Shown: positions 28,094 through 36,850 of the stretch, piece by piece
Numbering within the stretch: position 1 is the first letter of the stretch
Layout of the letters: every line of letters starts with the position of its first letter
Assembly: GCA_937921735.1 (NCBI GenBank)
Contig: CAKZTQ010000015.1
Span: 28,271 to 92,270, forward strand
Direction of reading: 5' to 3'
Length of the DNA stretch: 64,000 bases
Origin: an uncultured archaeon
Lineage (GTDB): Archaea; Hadarchaeota; Hadarchaeia; Hadarchaeales; Hadarchaeaceae
Notes under the pieces: generated by a model
The model's input: the letters and a program-made list of their open reading frames with translations, nothing else
Databases searched by the model: none
Told to the model about the DNA's origin: nothing
Program-made: the position numbers and the translations under genes

Positions 28094-28405
28094 TCATTTA
28101 ACTTTCGCCGTTACGCGCTGGACACGTTCATCCATTCCCCTAGGTTGATCGAGGCGATCGTCTATTTTGACCGCCGTCAGCACGCGCTTCACCCCCGCGG
28201 CCAGCACGGCCTCGTGTGCCGCCCTCGCCACCTCGAACGCGGTTTCGACGTCGCCCGCCTCGAAGACCGTGCAGGTAGGGCAGACCTTGTACTTGACGCC
28301 CGACGCCTTAACTGCCTCCACGGCCCTCGCGATGTAGTCGCTCAGTCCGGTCTCCGCCGTCCCCAGAGGCGTGACGGCGAGCTCGACCACCAGCAACCTC
28401 GCCAT
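28094..28405 (-). CDS. MTH1187/YkoF-family (DUF77) thiamine-binding-like protein
   Basis: About 100 aa. The LAVTPLGT...YIA.AV..... pattern is typical of DUF77. Confidence 0.75.
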   Translation of the reverse strand: MARLLVVELAVTPLGTAETGLSDYIARAVEAVKASGVKYKVCPTCTVFEAGDVETAFEVARAAHEAVLAAGVKRVLTAVKIDDRLDQPRGMDERVQRVTAKVK

Positions 28406-28410
28406 CGGTT

Positions 28411-28466
28411 CCCACCCCCATGAAGCGATATATACGCGGTGAAAATAATTAAATCGAGGGGGTGGG
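28411..28466. promoter_or_regulatory. Divergent promoter region bracketed by a 9-bp inverted repeat
   Basis: CCCACCCCC (28411-28419) and GGGGGTGGG (28458-28466) flank 38 nt containing ATATATA and AATAATTAAAT. Each arm sits just upstream of a start codon. Confidence 0.3.
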
Positions 28467-28469
28467 GTC

Positions 28470-29900
28470 GTGTACCTATTGCTCGGCTGTGGCGATGTGG
28501 GCTACAGCTTGGCGAGCAAGCTTCGAGATAGAAAAGCGGAGTTCACTATCATCGACCAAGACGAGAACAAAATTTGGTGGTTAAAGGTCCTCGGTTACAA
28601 TGCCGTGGCGGGGGATTTCCGCCGGATGGAGGTGCTCAGGCAGGCTGGGATCGAAAATGCCGAGATAGTATTGTTGCTAGCACAAGATTTCCCGACCGTT
28701 GAACAAACGCTCGCCACGATAAATCAGCTAAAGCGTTCGCTGATGATCGATCCAGTGGTGGTGGTGCGGATTACCGACGAGGCAGAAGTGCCGGAGGTGA
28801 AGCGCTTGGGTGCCTCGGAGGCGATGGCGTCGACGGAGATCCTGGCAGACTTCGCGCTGAAGAAATTCGATGAATTCGCCGCCATGGCCAAGGAGAAGAG
28901 GCTCAGGGCCATGTTGCGGGACTTCAAGGGCAAGATGGCGATAGTACTGCAGACGAACCCGGACCCCGACAGCATATCAAGTGGCATGGCACTGAAGCGT
29001 TACCTAGGAATACTGGGCATCGAGGCGGACATCGTCTACGACGGTGAGATAGGCCACCAGCAGAACCGCGCCTTGGTCAACCTTCTCAACATAGAGCTCC
29101 GCCATGTTACGCTGGACGGGGTGAAGTTCGAAGAATACGACGCGTTCGCGCTCGTCGACGTCGCCACCTCCGCGAACTGCGCGCTCCCCAAGGATATCGT
29201 GCCGATGATAGTCATAGACCACCACTCCGTTCCGTCAGGCGAGGTGAGGGCAAGGTATCAGGACATCACCGCGGTTGGGGCCACCGCGACCCTGATGACG
29301 AATTACCTGAGGTATGCGAACATAGAGATGGACCCCTCGATGGCAACCGCCCTAGCCTTCGGCATCCTAACTGATACCATGAACTTCACACGTGGGGCAA
29401 CGCCCTTGGACTTCGATGCCTTCGAGTACCTCCGCAAGTTCATGAACACGGATCAGTTGATCAAACTGCAGTCGCCCGCGATCTCGCCTGATACCTTAGA
29501 TGTGCTGGCGAGGGCGATCAAGGCGAGCAAGCTCAAAGGGGGCTACCTAATTTCCAACGTCGGCTTCGTCAAGGACAAGGATGCGATAGCTCAGGCGGCA
29601 GATTTCCTACTGCAGCGCGAGGGGGCCATGACGGTGTTAGTTTACGGCATAGGGGAGCAAGCGGTGTACGTGTCCGCACGTACCAGCGACATCAGACTCC
29701 ACCTCGGCAGGACCCTGAAGGAGATCTTCGGGGACATTGGCTCGGCCGGTGGGCATCCGACGATGGCGGGGGCGACCATCCCTCTGAAGGCCTTCGGCAA
29801 GATCTCGGATAAAAAGGCCCTCAAGGGAGCTGTCGAGCGAGCGGTGGGGCTAAAATTTTTAGAGCACATGGGCGCGGTGAAGCCAAAGTCGAAGCGCTAG
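28470..29900 (+). CDS. TrkA-N (Rossmann, RCK_N) - DHH - DHHA1 fusion phosphoesterase
   Basis: N-terminal LLGCGDVGYSLA..IIDQD glycine-rich Rossmann motif, then the DHH motifs DPDS, LVDV, IDHH and GGHPTMAG. Confidence 0.8.
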   Translation: MYLLLGCGDVGYSLASKLRDRKAEFTIIDQDENKIWWLKVLGYNAVAGDFRRMEVLRQAGIENAEIVLLLAQDFPTVEQTLATINQLKRSLMIDPVVVVRITDEAEVPEVKRLGASEAMASTEILADFALKKFDEFAAMAKEKRLRAMLRDFKGKMAIVLQTNPDPDSISSGMALKRYLGILGIEADIVYDGEIGHQQNRALVNLLNIELRHVTLDGVKFEEYDAFALVDVATSANCALPKDIVPMIVIDHHSVPSGEVRARYQDITAVGATATLMTNYLRYANIEMDPSMATALAFGILTDTMNFTRGATPLDFDAFEYLRKFMNTDQLIKLQSPAISPDTLDVLARAIKASKLKGGYLISNVGFVKDKDAIAQAADFLLQREGAMTVLVYGIGEQAVYVSARTSDIRLHLGRTLKEIFGDIGSAGGHPTMAGATIPLKAFGKISDKKALKGAVERAVGLKFLEHMGAVKPKSKR

Positions 29901-29909
29901 GGTGGCCTG

Positions 29910-30794
29910 ATGGGCTACCTCCATGATGCCCTCAAGACATCCCTCCCTCCCGAGGAGCTCGAGCTCCTTCCTTCTGGCTTTGACCGCGTGGGCCACGTAG
30001 CGATCCTAACCCTGCCCCAAGCGATCATACACAGATCGGAGGAGATCGCTGGAGCCTTGCTGCGGTTGAAAGGTGTACGCACCGTGGCACTCAGGGAGGG
30101 CCCGATAACCGGGCGCTACAGGAGGCCCAAGATCAAGGTTATAGCGGGCGATCCCAACACCGAGACCGTACACAAGGAACACGGCTGCCTCTTCAAGTTG
30201 GACGTGGCTAGGGTCATGTTCGCGCCGGGTAACCTCTTTGAGCGCGGCCGCATCGCTGGGCTGGTGAAGCCCGGCGAGGTGGTAGTGGACATGTTTGCTG
30301 GGGTGGGGCAGTTCAGCATCCCGATAGCCAAACGCGCGAGGCCAGGCAGGGTGTATGCGATCGAGCTGAATCCCGTGGCGTATCGCTACCTCCGCGAAAA
30401 CATCGAGCTCAATCGCGTCGAGCACGTCGTCGTCCCGTTACATGGGAATTGTGAGGAAGTGGCTCCTCTGGGCGTGGCCGACAGGGTAATAATGGGCATC
30501 CTGCATGTGACGCACAAGTACTTACCGCTCGCCATGCGGGTTCTAAAACCAACCGGTGGGGTGATCCACTATCACGAAAGCGTGCCCTCCAAGCTGCGCT
30601 TCCAACGGCCGATCGAGCGCATAATTTCCTCGACGAGGCGAACGGTCGAGATATTGAACAAGCGCGTGGTCAAGCGCTATGCCCCGGGTGTGGATCACGT
30701 GGTCATAGACGCTAAAGTGGGTCCAGGGCGTGACGACGAAAATATTTACGACCTTGCAACCAAATCAAATAAAAAGAACTGGGTTCCAACTTGA
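29910..30794 (+). CDS. Trm5/Taw2-family (Met-10+) tRNA methyltransferase
   Basis: FDRVGHVAIL and the SAM motif VVDMFAGVGQFSIP, then YAIELNP. Confidence 0.8.
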   Translation: MGYLHDALKTSLPPEELELLPSGFDRVGHVAILTLPQAIIHRSEEIAGALLRLKGVRTVALREGPITGRYRRPKIKVIAGDPNTETVHKEHGCLFKLDVARVMFAPGNLFERGRIAGLVKPGEVVVDMFAGVGQFSIPIAKRARPGRVYAIELNPVAYRYLRENIELNRVEHVVVPLHGNCEEVAPLGVADRVIMGILHVTHKYLPLAMRVLKPTGGVIHYHESVPSKLRFQRPIERIISSTRRTVEILNKRVVKRYAPGVDHVVIDAKVGPGRDDENIYDLATKSNKKNWVPT

Positions 30795-31048
30795 CGGCAA
30801 AAGTTAGGTTCGGAAAGGTCTTGATGGTGGCGGCTTTCGCTTGGTTCATCTTTTGGACTCTTATGGGCAAAGGCATCAGGACGACCTTTTGGACGGCTGT
30901 GGGGATCTGGTTCGTTGGTTTTCTGTTTTGGCTATATGGGGAGGGAATTCCCAAACCAAGCGACAACATGCTCAAGGAAATAGAGCGATACAGGCGCTCG
31001 TGGGGCTTCCCGCGCGGCGAGGATAAGGAGAAAAAGGAAGATGGATGA
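30791..31048 (+). CDS. Small two-TM membrane protein
   Basis: Two Trp/Phe-rich hydrophobic helices and a charged tail. Starts at TTG 30791 (overlapping the upstream stop) or ATG 30824. Confidence 0.4.
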   Translation: MTAKVRFGKVLMVAAFAWFIFWTLMGKGIRTTFWTAVGIWFVGFLFWLYGEGIPKPSDNMLKEIERYRRSWGFPRGEDKEKKEDG

Positions 31049-31141
31049 TAAGCCCGAGACCTGTATCCCAATGCCAAGTTGGTGGTCAATGTCCCGGAAA
31101 CATAAAACGTAGCATCGACCTGTCACACTTGAGGTGAGGTA

Positions 31142-31615
31142 GTGGATAAACCAACATTCAAGGAGCTACAGAAGTTACGCGCAACTGCAGATTACCAATT
31201 CGGTAAAGGTTTAGGGAGAAAACTGTTTCCCGACGAGATCTTGGTCCTGAAGACGAAGGGCAGAATACGCCAAGTCAAGCTAGGCGATGATCTTCTCTGC
31301 GCAATCCGAGCCTCCGACGGTTTTATCGTGCTCAATCGCAGGGGCGCCGAGATCGTCCACGCGGCGCTCGAGTATCCACGCCTGCGCGTGGTCGTCGCCG
31401 ACAATGCGGTGCCGTTCGTCGCGGAAGGAAAGACGGTCTTCGCTAAGCATATCGTGGAGGCGGACCCCGAAATAAGGCCGGGCGAGGAGGTCCTAGTAGT
31501 GGATAAGAACGATCGCCTGTTGGCCAGCGGCAAGGCCCTGTTAACTGGCGAGGAAATGGTAGCATTTAAGGTTGGTAAAGCCGTAAACGTCAGGCGTGGA
31601 TTCGGGGTTGGTTGA
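31142..31615 (+). CDS. PUA domain RNA-binding protein
   Basis: C-terminal PUA-like RPGEEVLVVDKNDRLLASGKALLTGEEM. GTG start preceded by GAGGTGAGGT. Confidence 0.7.
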   Translation: MDKPTFKELQKLRATADYQFGKGLGRKLFPDEILVLKTKGRIRQVKLGDDLLCAIRASDGFIVLNRRGAEIVHAALEYPRLRVVVADNAVPFVAEGKTVFAKHIVEADPEIRPGEEVLVVDKNDRLLASGKALLTGEEMVAFKVGKAVNVRRGFGVG

Positions 31616-31957
31616 TTGTTCCGCGGTAAGATCGACAGACGCCAAATGGAGCGGGTAATGAGGCAGATGGGGATAAAGGTAACCGAGCTATCAGACGTCC
31701 GAGAGGTCATCATCAGGCTCAGGGATCGCGAGATAATCATATCTAACCCTCAAGTCTCGCTCATGGAGATGGCGGGACAGCGCACCTACCAAGTCATGGG
31801 CGAGGCCACCGAGCGAATGCTTGAGGGAGAGATCAGCGAGGAGGACATCGCGCTGGTGATGGAGCAAGCTGGCGTCGATCGAGAGGCCGCCCTCAAAGCC
31901 CTAAGAGAAACCGACGGCGATCTCGCGCAGGCTATACTTAAGCTAAAAGGGGGCTGA
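31616..31957 (+). CDS. nac: Nascent polypeptide-associated complex protein (NAC + UBA)
   Basis: RQMERVMRQMGIK NAC motif and a C-terminal UBA-like ALKALRETDGDLAQAI. Confidence 0.9.
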   Translation: MFRGKIDRRQMERVMRQMGIKVTELSDVREVIIRLRDREIIISNPQVSLMEMAGQRTYQVMGEATERMLEGEISEEDIALVMEQAGVDREAALKALRETDGDLAQAILKLKGG

Positions 31958-31973
31958 CGTTCAAATTTTTCGA

Positions 31974-32183
31974 TCATCGTGCGAGGAGGTAAAAGATCGC
32001 CGAGAGAACGAAGAGCAAGATGAGAATCGGCGAGGTTACGAAGTAAAAGCCATCGCTGCGGTATACATATAGTACCCAGCAAGGGACGCGAGCCAGCTCG
32101 AGGTACTTGCCCAAAAACGGTAAAAGCACCAAGGTGGCCCCAATCGCGATTAAGAGCAAACCTGCCCACGTCAGCGGGTGCAT
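31974..32183 (-). CDS. Small membrane protein (DUF2905-like)
   Basis: 69 aa with two hydrophobic helices and a central GFYF motif. Confidence 0.4.
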   Translation of the reverse strand: MHPLTWAGLLLIAIGATLVLLPFLGKYLELARVPCWVLYVYRSDGFYFVTSPILILLFVLSAIFYLLAR

Positions 32184-32196
32184 CCGCGCACCCCAG

Positions 32197-32859
32197 TTAA
32201 AGGATCTCGCTCCTTTCCAGATGCCCGCCGCAGTACTTCCTCGCGTAGGTGGTGACCGCGTTCAGCGCTGCCTCAACGCGATCCCTTCCGATGCCCGGTG
32301 CATTCCAAAGCACGATCAACGCGTTGCTGGTCTCCTGGGTCACCATAGCCGCCTTGGCATCTCCAAGCGTATAAGCCGATAAAAGTTTCTCATCGTCCCT
32401 CAGCACGATCTCGTCTAACTTCGGGCTCAGCCTTCGTCCGTCGATCAATTCAAACGGCTCGGCTTCCTTGGCTAGCGTCGTCACCGCCTGTCCCTTTACT
32501 TTATCTGAATCGTAAACGCCCGTCGTCACCCAGCTCTCGACGGTCGCAAGCAGACAGGAGTCGACTAAGTTGTTGATCGCGGGAAAACGATCGTCGAGCG
32601 CTCGACGGAGGAGATACTCCGGCGCGGGACGGTAGCTCGAGGGATCGGCACCCATTGCCCTGAAGAACGCTCGATATGCCTTAACTTCGGGAACGTCAAG
32701 CACAGAAATCGCACCGTATCGCGCCTTGAGATCGCCGAAGACCTGGCGTTTCCGCTCCACCAACCCCTCGACCGTGGGTTCGATGGTTATCCCGCTGACA
32801 AATGCGTAGGCAGCGATGAAATCGGGATAACGCTCCCGCACAGATGGATCGAGCTTCAT
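32197..32859 (-). CDS. B3/B4 tRNA-binding domain protein (PheRS-beta related)
   Basis: Resembles stand-alone B3_4 domain proteins (AINNLVDSCLLATVE...TGVYD). Confidence 0.7.
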   Translation of the reverse strand: MKLDPSVRERYPDFIAAYAFVSGITIEPTVEGLVERKRQVFGDLKARYGAISVLDVPEVKAYRAFFRAMGADPSSYRPAPEYLLRRALDDRFPAINNLVDSCLLATVESWVTTGVYDSDKVKGQAVTTLAKEAEPFELIDGRRLSPKLDEIVLRDDEKLLSAYTLGDAKAAMVTQETSNALIVLWNAPGIGRDRVEAALNAVTTYARKYCGGHLERSEIL

Positions 32860-32951
32860 CTCTAACCCCTTTCTACTATACCCCGGGTCTTTTTAAGGTT
32901 CTGATTTCGTGCAGATTCAATTTGAGGATAAAGCTCGGCGGATGGTCGAAG

Positions 32952-33527
32952 ATGGAGATCTTGCCAAGGTCCTTTTACGAGCGAGATGTGGCGATGGTGG
33001 CGAGAGATTTGCTGGGGAAGATCCTCGTGCACAAGGAGCGGGAAGGCTTGACCAGTGGTATAATAGTTGAAACTGAGGCCTACTACGGAGAAGGCGACCC
33101 GGCTTCTAGAGCGGCGAGGGGGCGCACGCCACTGAACGAGATCATGTGGGGGCGCGGGGGGTTGGCCTTCGTATACATGGTGCATGGGAACTGGTTATTC
33201 AACGTGGTCGCAGAGCGGGAAGGGGTGCCCGGCGCGGTGCTCCTACGCGCCTTAGAGCCGTTGGAGGGCATAGAGCTCATGCGCGAGCGAAGGCAGACCA
33301 AAAATGACTTGGAATTGACCTCGGGGCCAGGGAAACTCACAAAGGCAATGGGGATCTCGCGCAGGCATCACGGCATGGATCTAACCGATGCCAATGGCGA
33401 GCTGGTGATAACAAAAGGCGGACCGCTGGCGTTCTTGATCGCCAGCTCCCATAGAATAGGGGTGAGCTCAGATTTGAGGCAAAAGCTGAGATTTTACATC
33501 AAGGGAAATCCGTTCGTATCGAGATAG
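32952..33527 (+). CDS. DNA-3-methyladenine glycosylase (MPG/AAG family)
   Basis: ARDLLGK.LV, IVETEAYYGEGDPASRA and VYMVHGNWLFNVV motifs. ATG 32952. Confidence 0.85.
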   Translation: MEILPRSFYERDVAMVARDLLGKILVHKEREGLTSGIIVETEAYYGEGDPASRAARGRTPLNEIMWGRGGLAFVYMVHGNWLFNVVAEREGVPGAVLLRALEPLEGIELMRERRQTKNDLELTSGPGKLTKAMGISRRHHGMDLTDANGELVITKGGPLAFLIASSHRIGVSSDLRQKLRFYIKGNPFVSR

Positions 33528-33529
33528 CG

Positions 33530-34018
33530 CTAACCATACGCCAAGTCCATGCCCAAGTCTCGACAAAGCTTCTCGAGCTTAGCCCTTAACTCACTATCCA
33601 GCATCCTCTGTTTTTCTGAAAGGAACTCCTCCATGCGCGGGTGGGCTTCGAGGTACTGCCCAATTCCCGCCGCGATGATAACGCTATCCATCCGCTTTGG
33701 GTGGGGGGAGAACATCCCGAACGGCATAGGCGAGCCCTGCCGCATCAACTCGCGGATGCGATCGTCGACGCGTCCGGCGATTACCTTGGCGCCAGCGCCG
33801 ACGAATTCGTAGGGAGTGCGAAACTCTCCTTTGACCTGCCAAAGTCCAACCTTGGGATTGCAGAAGAAGAAATCGTGATGTCCCCACTCATCCCTGCTGC
33901 TTAGCATCCGCCAGCCACTCGGGCTGCGCCTGTAGTGGCGAAACATCTCCTCCATGATCTCCGCGAGCGATTTTATCACGTCGATTCCTGGATACCGTCT
34001 ATTTCTTTTGAAGCTCAT
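33530..34018 (-). CDS. Hypothetical protein (162 aa), no family recognised
   Basis: A clean ORF, convergent with the MPG gene at a 2-nt gap and divergent from the ATPase gene. Confidence 0.5.
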   Translation of the reverse strand: MSFKRNRRYPGIDVIKSLAEIMEEMFRHYRRSPSGWRMLSSRDEWGHHDFFFCNPKVGLWQVKGEFRTPYEFVGAGAKVIAGRVDDRIRELMRQGSPMPFGMFSPHPKRMDSVIIAAGIGQYLEAHPRMEEFLSEKQRMLDSELRAKLEKLCRDLGMDLAYG

Positions 34019-34096
34019 AACTATTCTGAAATTATCGAAAAATTTAGGTAACTGTAAGCGGGAAACGCGGAATTTGGGCGGCCAAAATGTTTAAAG

Positions 34097-34132
34097 TTCA
34101 AGGGGTAGAACTAATTCAAGGGGTAGAACTAA
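34097..34132. repeat. Perfect 18-bp tandem direct repeat (TTCAAGGGGTAGAACTAA x2) abutting the ATPase start codon
   Basis: Read directly: 34097-34114 equals 34115-34132, and the ATG is at 34133. A TTTAAA TATA-like element lies at 34090-34095. Confidence 0.9.
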
Positions 34133-35206
34133 ATGTTATTCGATCCTGAGCCCAAAAGGAAAAAGAGAGATTTCTACAACAGAGAAGTTGAGCTGCGTGA
34201 ACTACTCGACTCAATCGAAAAGGAAAAATTCGTGGTGATTCAAGGCATACGAAGGCTTGGCAAATCTTCGCTACTCAATGTCGCACTAGCCGAATCCAAA
34301 CGTCCCTCGGTGAAGCTAGACTTACGAGAAATTTACTTCACCCATGGGTCTGTTTCGAAGTTTTACCTTTACCATGCGCTTTCACGGGAACTATCGAAGC
34401 TGAGCAAAACCTATCGCCTCACATCGTGGTTGAAAAAAGTGAGAGGAGTCAAGATATCCGGATTTGAAATCCAGCTCGACTGGAGGGAAAAAGGGGCGGC
34501 GCTCACTGACGTTTTTAGGGTCTTGGACGAATGGGCTTCTGCACACAAAGAGAGAGCGATCATAGCCATCGACGAAGCACAGTATTTGAGGCTGGCAGGC
34601 AGAACGAGGTATGATGGGTTATTGGCATGGGCTATCGATAGCTTGGATAATTTAGTATTCATATTGACAGGATCTCAAGTTGGCGTATTACAAGATTTCT
34701 TGGGGATGGAGGATCCCCGCTCCCCCCTGTACGGTAGATACGTGAAGATAATCAAGCTCGGAAGATTTAGCCGTGAACAGGCGATAGATTTCTTGAGGAA
34801 CGGATTCAAAGAAGCGAAGGTAAAGCAACCAAACCTGGAGGAAGTCGTGGACGTTCTTGACGGATTGATAGGATGGTTGACCCTTTACGGGCATACTTAT
34901 GTCTCGGAGGGAAAAGCCGAGCTTGGGCAATTTTTGAACACGGCGGCAAAATTGGCGGCTGAGGAGAGTAAGAAGATTCTGCGGTGGAGCGATCGCTATC
35001 ACGCGGTGCTGAGGGCAATCGCGAGCGGCGCGCTCCGGTGGTCTGAGATATACGAAAGAGCCAGCGTGAAGTTGGGCCCTATCTCCAAGTCTGACCTCAC
35101 CTACTTGTTGGATAACCTCGTGAGATACGGTTATCTCGAAAGGCTAGAAGATGGTTCCTTTGTCATACCGGATCCGGTGGTAAAGTACATGGTAACAAAA
35201 TTTTGA
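34133..35206 (+). CDS. Archaeal ATPase (Arch_ATPase/AAA with C-terminal winged-helix, DUF234-like)
   Basis: FYNREVELREL, then Walker A GIRRLGKSSL and Walker B IIAIDEAQYL. Lower GC than its neighbours. Confidence 0.8.
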   Translation: MLFDPEPKRKKRDFYNREVELRELLDSIEKEKFVVIQGIRRLGKSSLLNVALAESKRPSVKLDLREIYFTHGSVSKFYLYHALSRELSKLSKTYRLTSWLKKVRGVKISGFEIQLDWREKGAALTDVFRVLDEWASAHKERAIIAIDEAQYLRLAGRTRYDGLLAWAIDSLDNLVFILTGSQVGVLQDFLGMEDPRSPLYGRYVKIIKLGRFSREQAIDFLRNGFKEAKVKQPNLEEVVDVLDGLIGWLTLYGHTYVSEGKAELGQFLNTAAKLAAEESKKILRWSDRYHAVLRAIASGALRWSEIYERASVKLGPISKSDLTYLLDNLVRYGYLERLEDGSFVIPDPVVKYMVTKF

Positions 35207-35220
35207 CAATCTGGCCTAGG

Positions 35221-35305
35221 TGCGGGGGCGGGGATTTGAACCCCGGAACCCCTACGGGACAGGCTCCTCAAGCCTGCACCTTTGACCAGGCTCGGCCACC
35301 CCCGC
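35221..35305 (-). tRNA. tRNA-Leu (anticodon GAG)
   Basis: Hand-folded cloverleaf. Acceptor GCGGGGG/CCCCCGC, anticodon arm CAGGC-TTGAGGA-GCCTG, a long variable arm, and T-arm CGGGG-TTCAAAT-CCCCG. CCA is not encoded. Confidence 0.9.
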
Positions 35306-35369
35306 ACAATTTCAACTTGTAAAAATGACTCTAAAAATTTGTCTGGGGCGCGCGAATTAAAGCCCAAAA

Positions 35370-36155
35370 TCATAACTTTTTAACTTTTTTTACGAATTCC
35401 CTGCACTTGTCCTCAAGCGCGTCCAGTGCTCCCAGCAAGATCCGCTCGGGGGGTAAGGTACCGGTCGATTCTATGCGAAAGATGAACTTAGTCTGGTCAC
35501 CACTTATCCTAATTGCCTTTTTGGGACAAGCCTCGGCGCATGCGCGGCACATCGAACAACGCTCGATGTAAGTTATCTTGAGCTTGTCCTCAACCAGTTG
35601 GAGAAGATTGCGTGGACAACTCTTGATACAAGCGCCGCAAGCATCGCATGCCTCCTCGTCGAGCTCGAACACTGGCATATACTTGTACGTCACGAGCCCC
35701 GGTTGCCATTTTGCGTGCTCTTTGCCGAAACCCAAACGGGCTATGGCCGTGAGCTCCACGCGCTGCCCTTCGGCGAGCTTCAAGATGGGAATCGAGTCGC
35801 TGACGGGCCTGACCTCCTCGTCGGACGACTTTAGGTCACCGCTCATCACCATCGCTGGACCCTCGCGCTTGAGCTCGAAGGTGACGCTGCACTTGGGACA
35901 TCGACCTTCTCCACATTTGCACTCGCTCGGTAGCGAGTACCCGTCCGGCGTGCGGAGGGGGATCAGCGCCAGTCGGTGCGCTAGAACTTCATCGTACATC
36001 GCCGAGTCGTTGACCGTAAACTCGACCTCGTCTATTGCCATGATTGGGACCTCTCTGAGCATCGCGCGACGAAGGGCATTCGCGAAAGCTGGGTCTGCCC
36101 CAGAGAGCAAGAACTCCATCTCTTCGTTGGTCAACTTTCTTACCTCTAGCTCCAT
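35370..36155 (-). CDS. rpoD: DNA-directed RNA polymerase subunit D (Rpo3) with ferredoxin-like 4Fe-4S domain
   Basis: FANALRRAML and LAHRLALIPL motifs, plus the cysteine clusters CDACGACIKSCP and CSMCRACAEACP. Confidence 0.93.
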   Translation of the reverse strand: MELEVRKLTNEEMEFLLSGADPAFANALRRAMLREVPIMAIDEVEFTVNDSAMYDEVLAHRLALIPLRTPDGYSLPSECKCGEGRCPKCSVTFELKREGPAMVMSGDLKSSDEEVRPVSDSIPILKLAEGQRVELTAIARLGFGKEHAKWQPGLVTYKYMPVFELDEEACDACGACIKSCPRNLLQLVEDKLKITYIERCSMCRACAEACPKKAIRISGDQTKFIFRIESTGTLPPERILLGALDALEDKCREFVKKVKKL

Positions 36156-36239
36156 CGAACCCGCTCCAAGATTGTTTCAGCTTTCCCTTTCGGGACAATC
36201 TAAAAAACCTTTTGGGGGTCCCAAGCTCGGGCCGGGGCC

Positions 36240-36827
36240 TTAAAAAAATAACAACATCGCGATGGCAACCACCATCGCCACACCCCATAGCACCTTATTC
36301 CAGCGAAATACCTTGCTGCCATCCAGCGGCGTGAGGGGTAGGAGGTTGAAGAAAGCCAAGCCGGCGTTGACCCTAGCCCCCAACGAGGTTATCGTCGAGG
36401 GAAATGGTATGCGGAGCAAGAAAAACGTCAAAGCCAATGACATGTTCGCTAGTGGTCCTAACAGCGAGACTATTCCATATTCCCTCTTTCCAAGCCAGAT
36501 CGGGCGCGCCCATATGTCCACCCTTGGCCATATCATCACCGCCCCAGGCGCAGCGAACACGACGCCCAACGGGGCAAACAGAAGAGCCAACAGCAGACCT
36601 GGTGGCCACATCCTGTACTCGGCGAAACATCCAAAGCTCCGAGCAGCGTACCTATGGGCAAGCTCGTGGAAGACGAAGCCCACCGAGACCGTCATCAATG
36701 AAACAGGGAAAAGCGAAAGAACGGACCACTTCAGACCTCCAGCAAACATTATAGAAAACGCTAACGCCAGCACAAAGGCCGAGATGAGCAAGTCCCTGAT
36801 CTCGCCCATCCAAACGCACCGATACAA
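36240..36827 (-). CDS. M50-family site-2 metalloprotease (short form)
   Basis: HELAH zinc motif and NLLPLTPLDG motif in a polytopic membrane protein. The antisense 195-aa ORF is rejected. Confidence 0.8.
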   Translation of the reverse strand: MYRCVWMGEIRDLLISAFVLALAFSIMFAGGLKWSVLSLFPVSLMTVSVGFVFHELAHRYAARSFGCFAEYRMWPPGLLLALLFAPLGVVFAAPGAVMIWPRVDIWARPIWLGKREYGIVSLLGPLANMSLALTFFLLRIPFPSTITSLGARVNAGLAFFNLLPLTPLDGSKVFRWNKVLWGVAMVVAIAMLLFF

Positions 36828-36850
36828 CGTTGAGATGAAAGAGGGTTAAC

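Noticed and set aside
28411-28466. Inverted G-strings flanking an AT-rich core as a possible replication origin (ORB pair plus DUE)
   Set aside because: The spacer is only 38 nt. There is no ORB core sequence and no adjacent orc1/cdc6. Each arm sits just upstream of a start codon, so it is more simply read as a pair of SD-like elements around a divergent promoter.
35221-35305. tRNA-Leu as an integration site (att) for the adjacent lower-GC islet
   Set aside because: I found no integrase gene and no second copy of the tRNA 3' half (the GATTTGAAC core occurs only in the two tRNA genes). The integrated-element idea is kept only as a weak possibility under the islet finding.
35578-36849. 221-aa and 195-aa plus-strand ORFs
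   Set aside because: They are antisense to rpoD and to the M50 protease. The minus frames contain the RpoD motifs with Fe-S cysteine clusters, and the HELAH plus NLLPLTPLDG motifs. The plus frames are Ser/Pro/Arg-rich low-complexity sequence.
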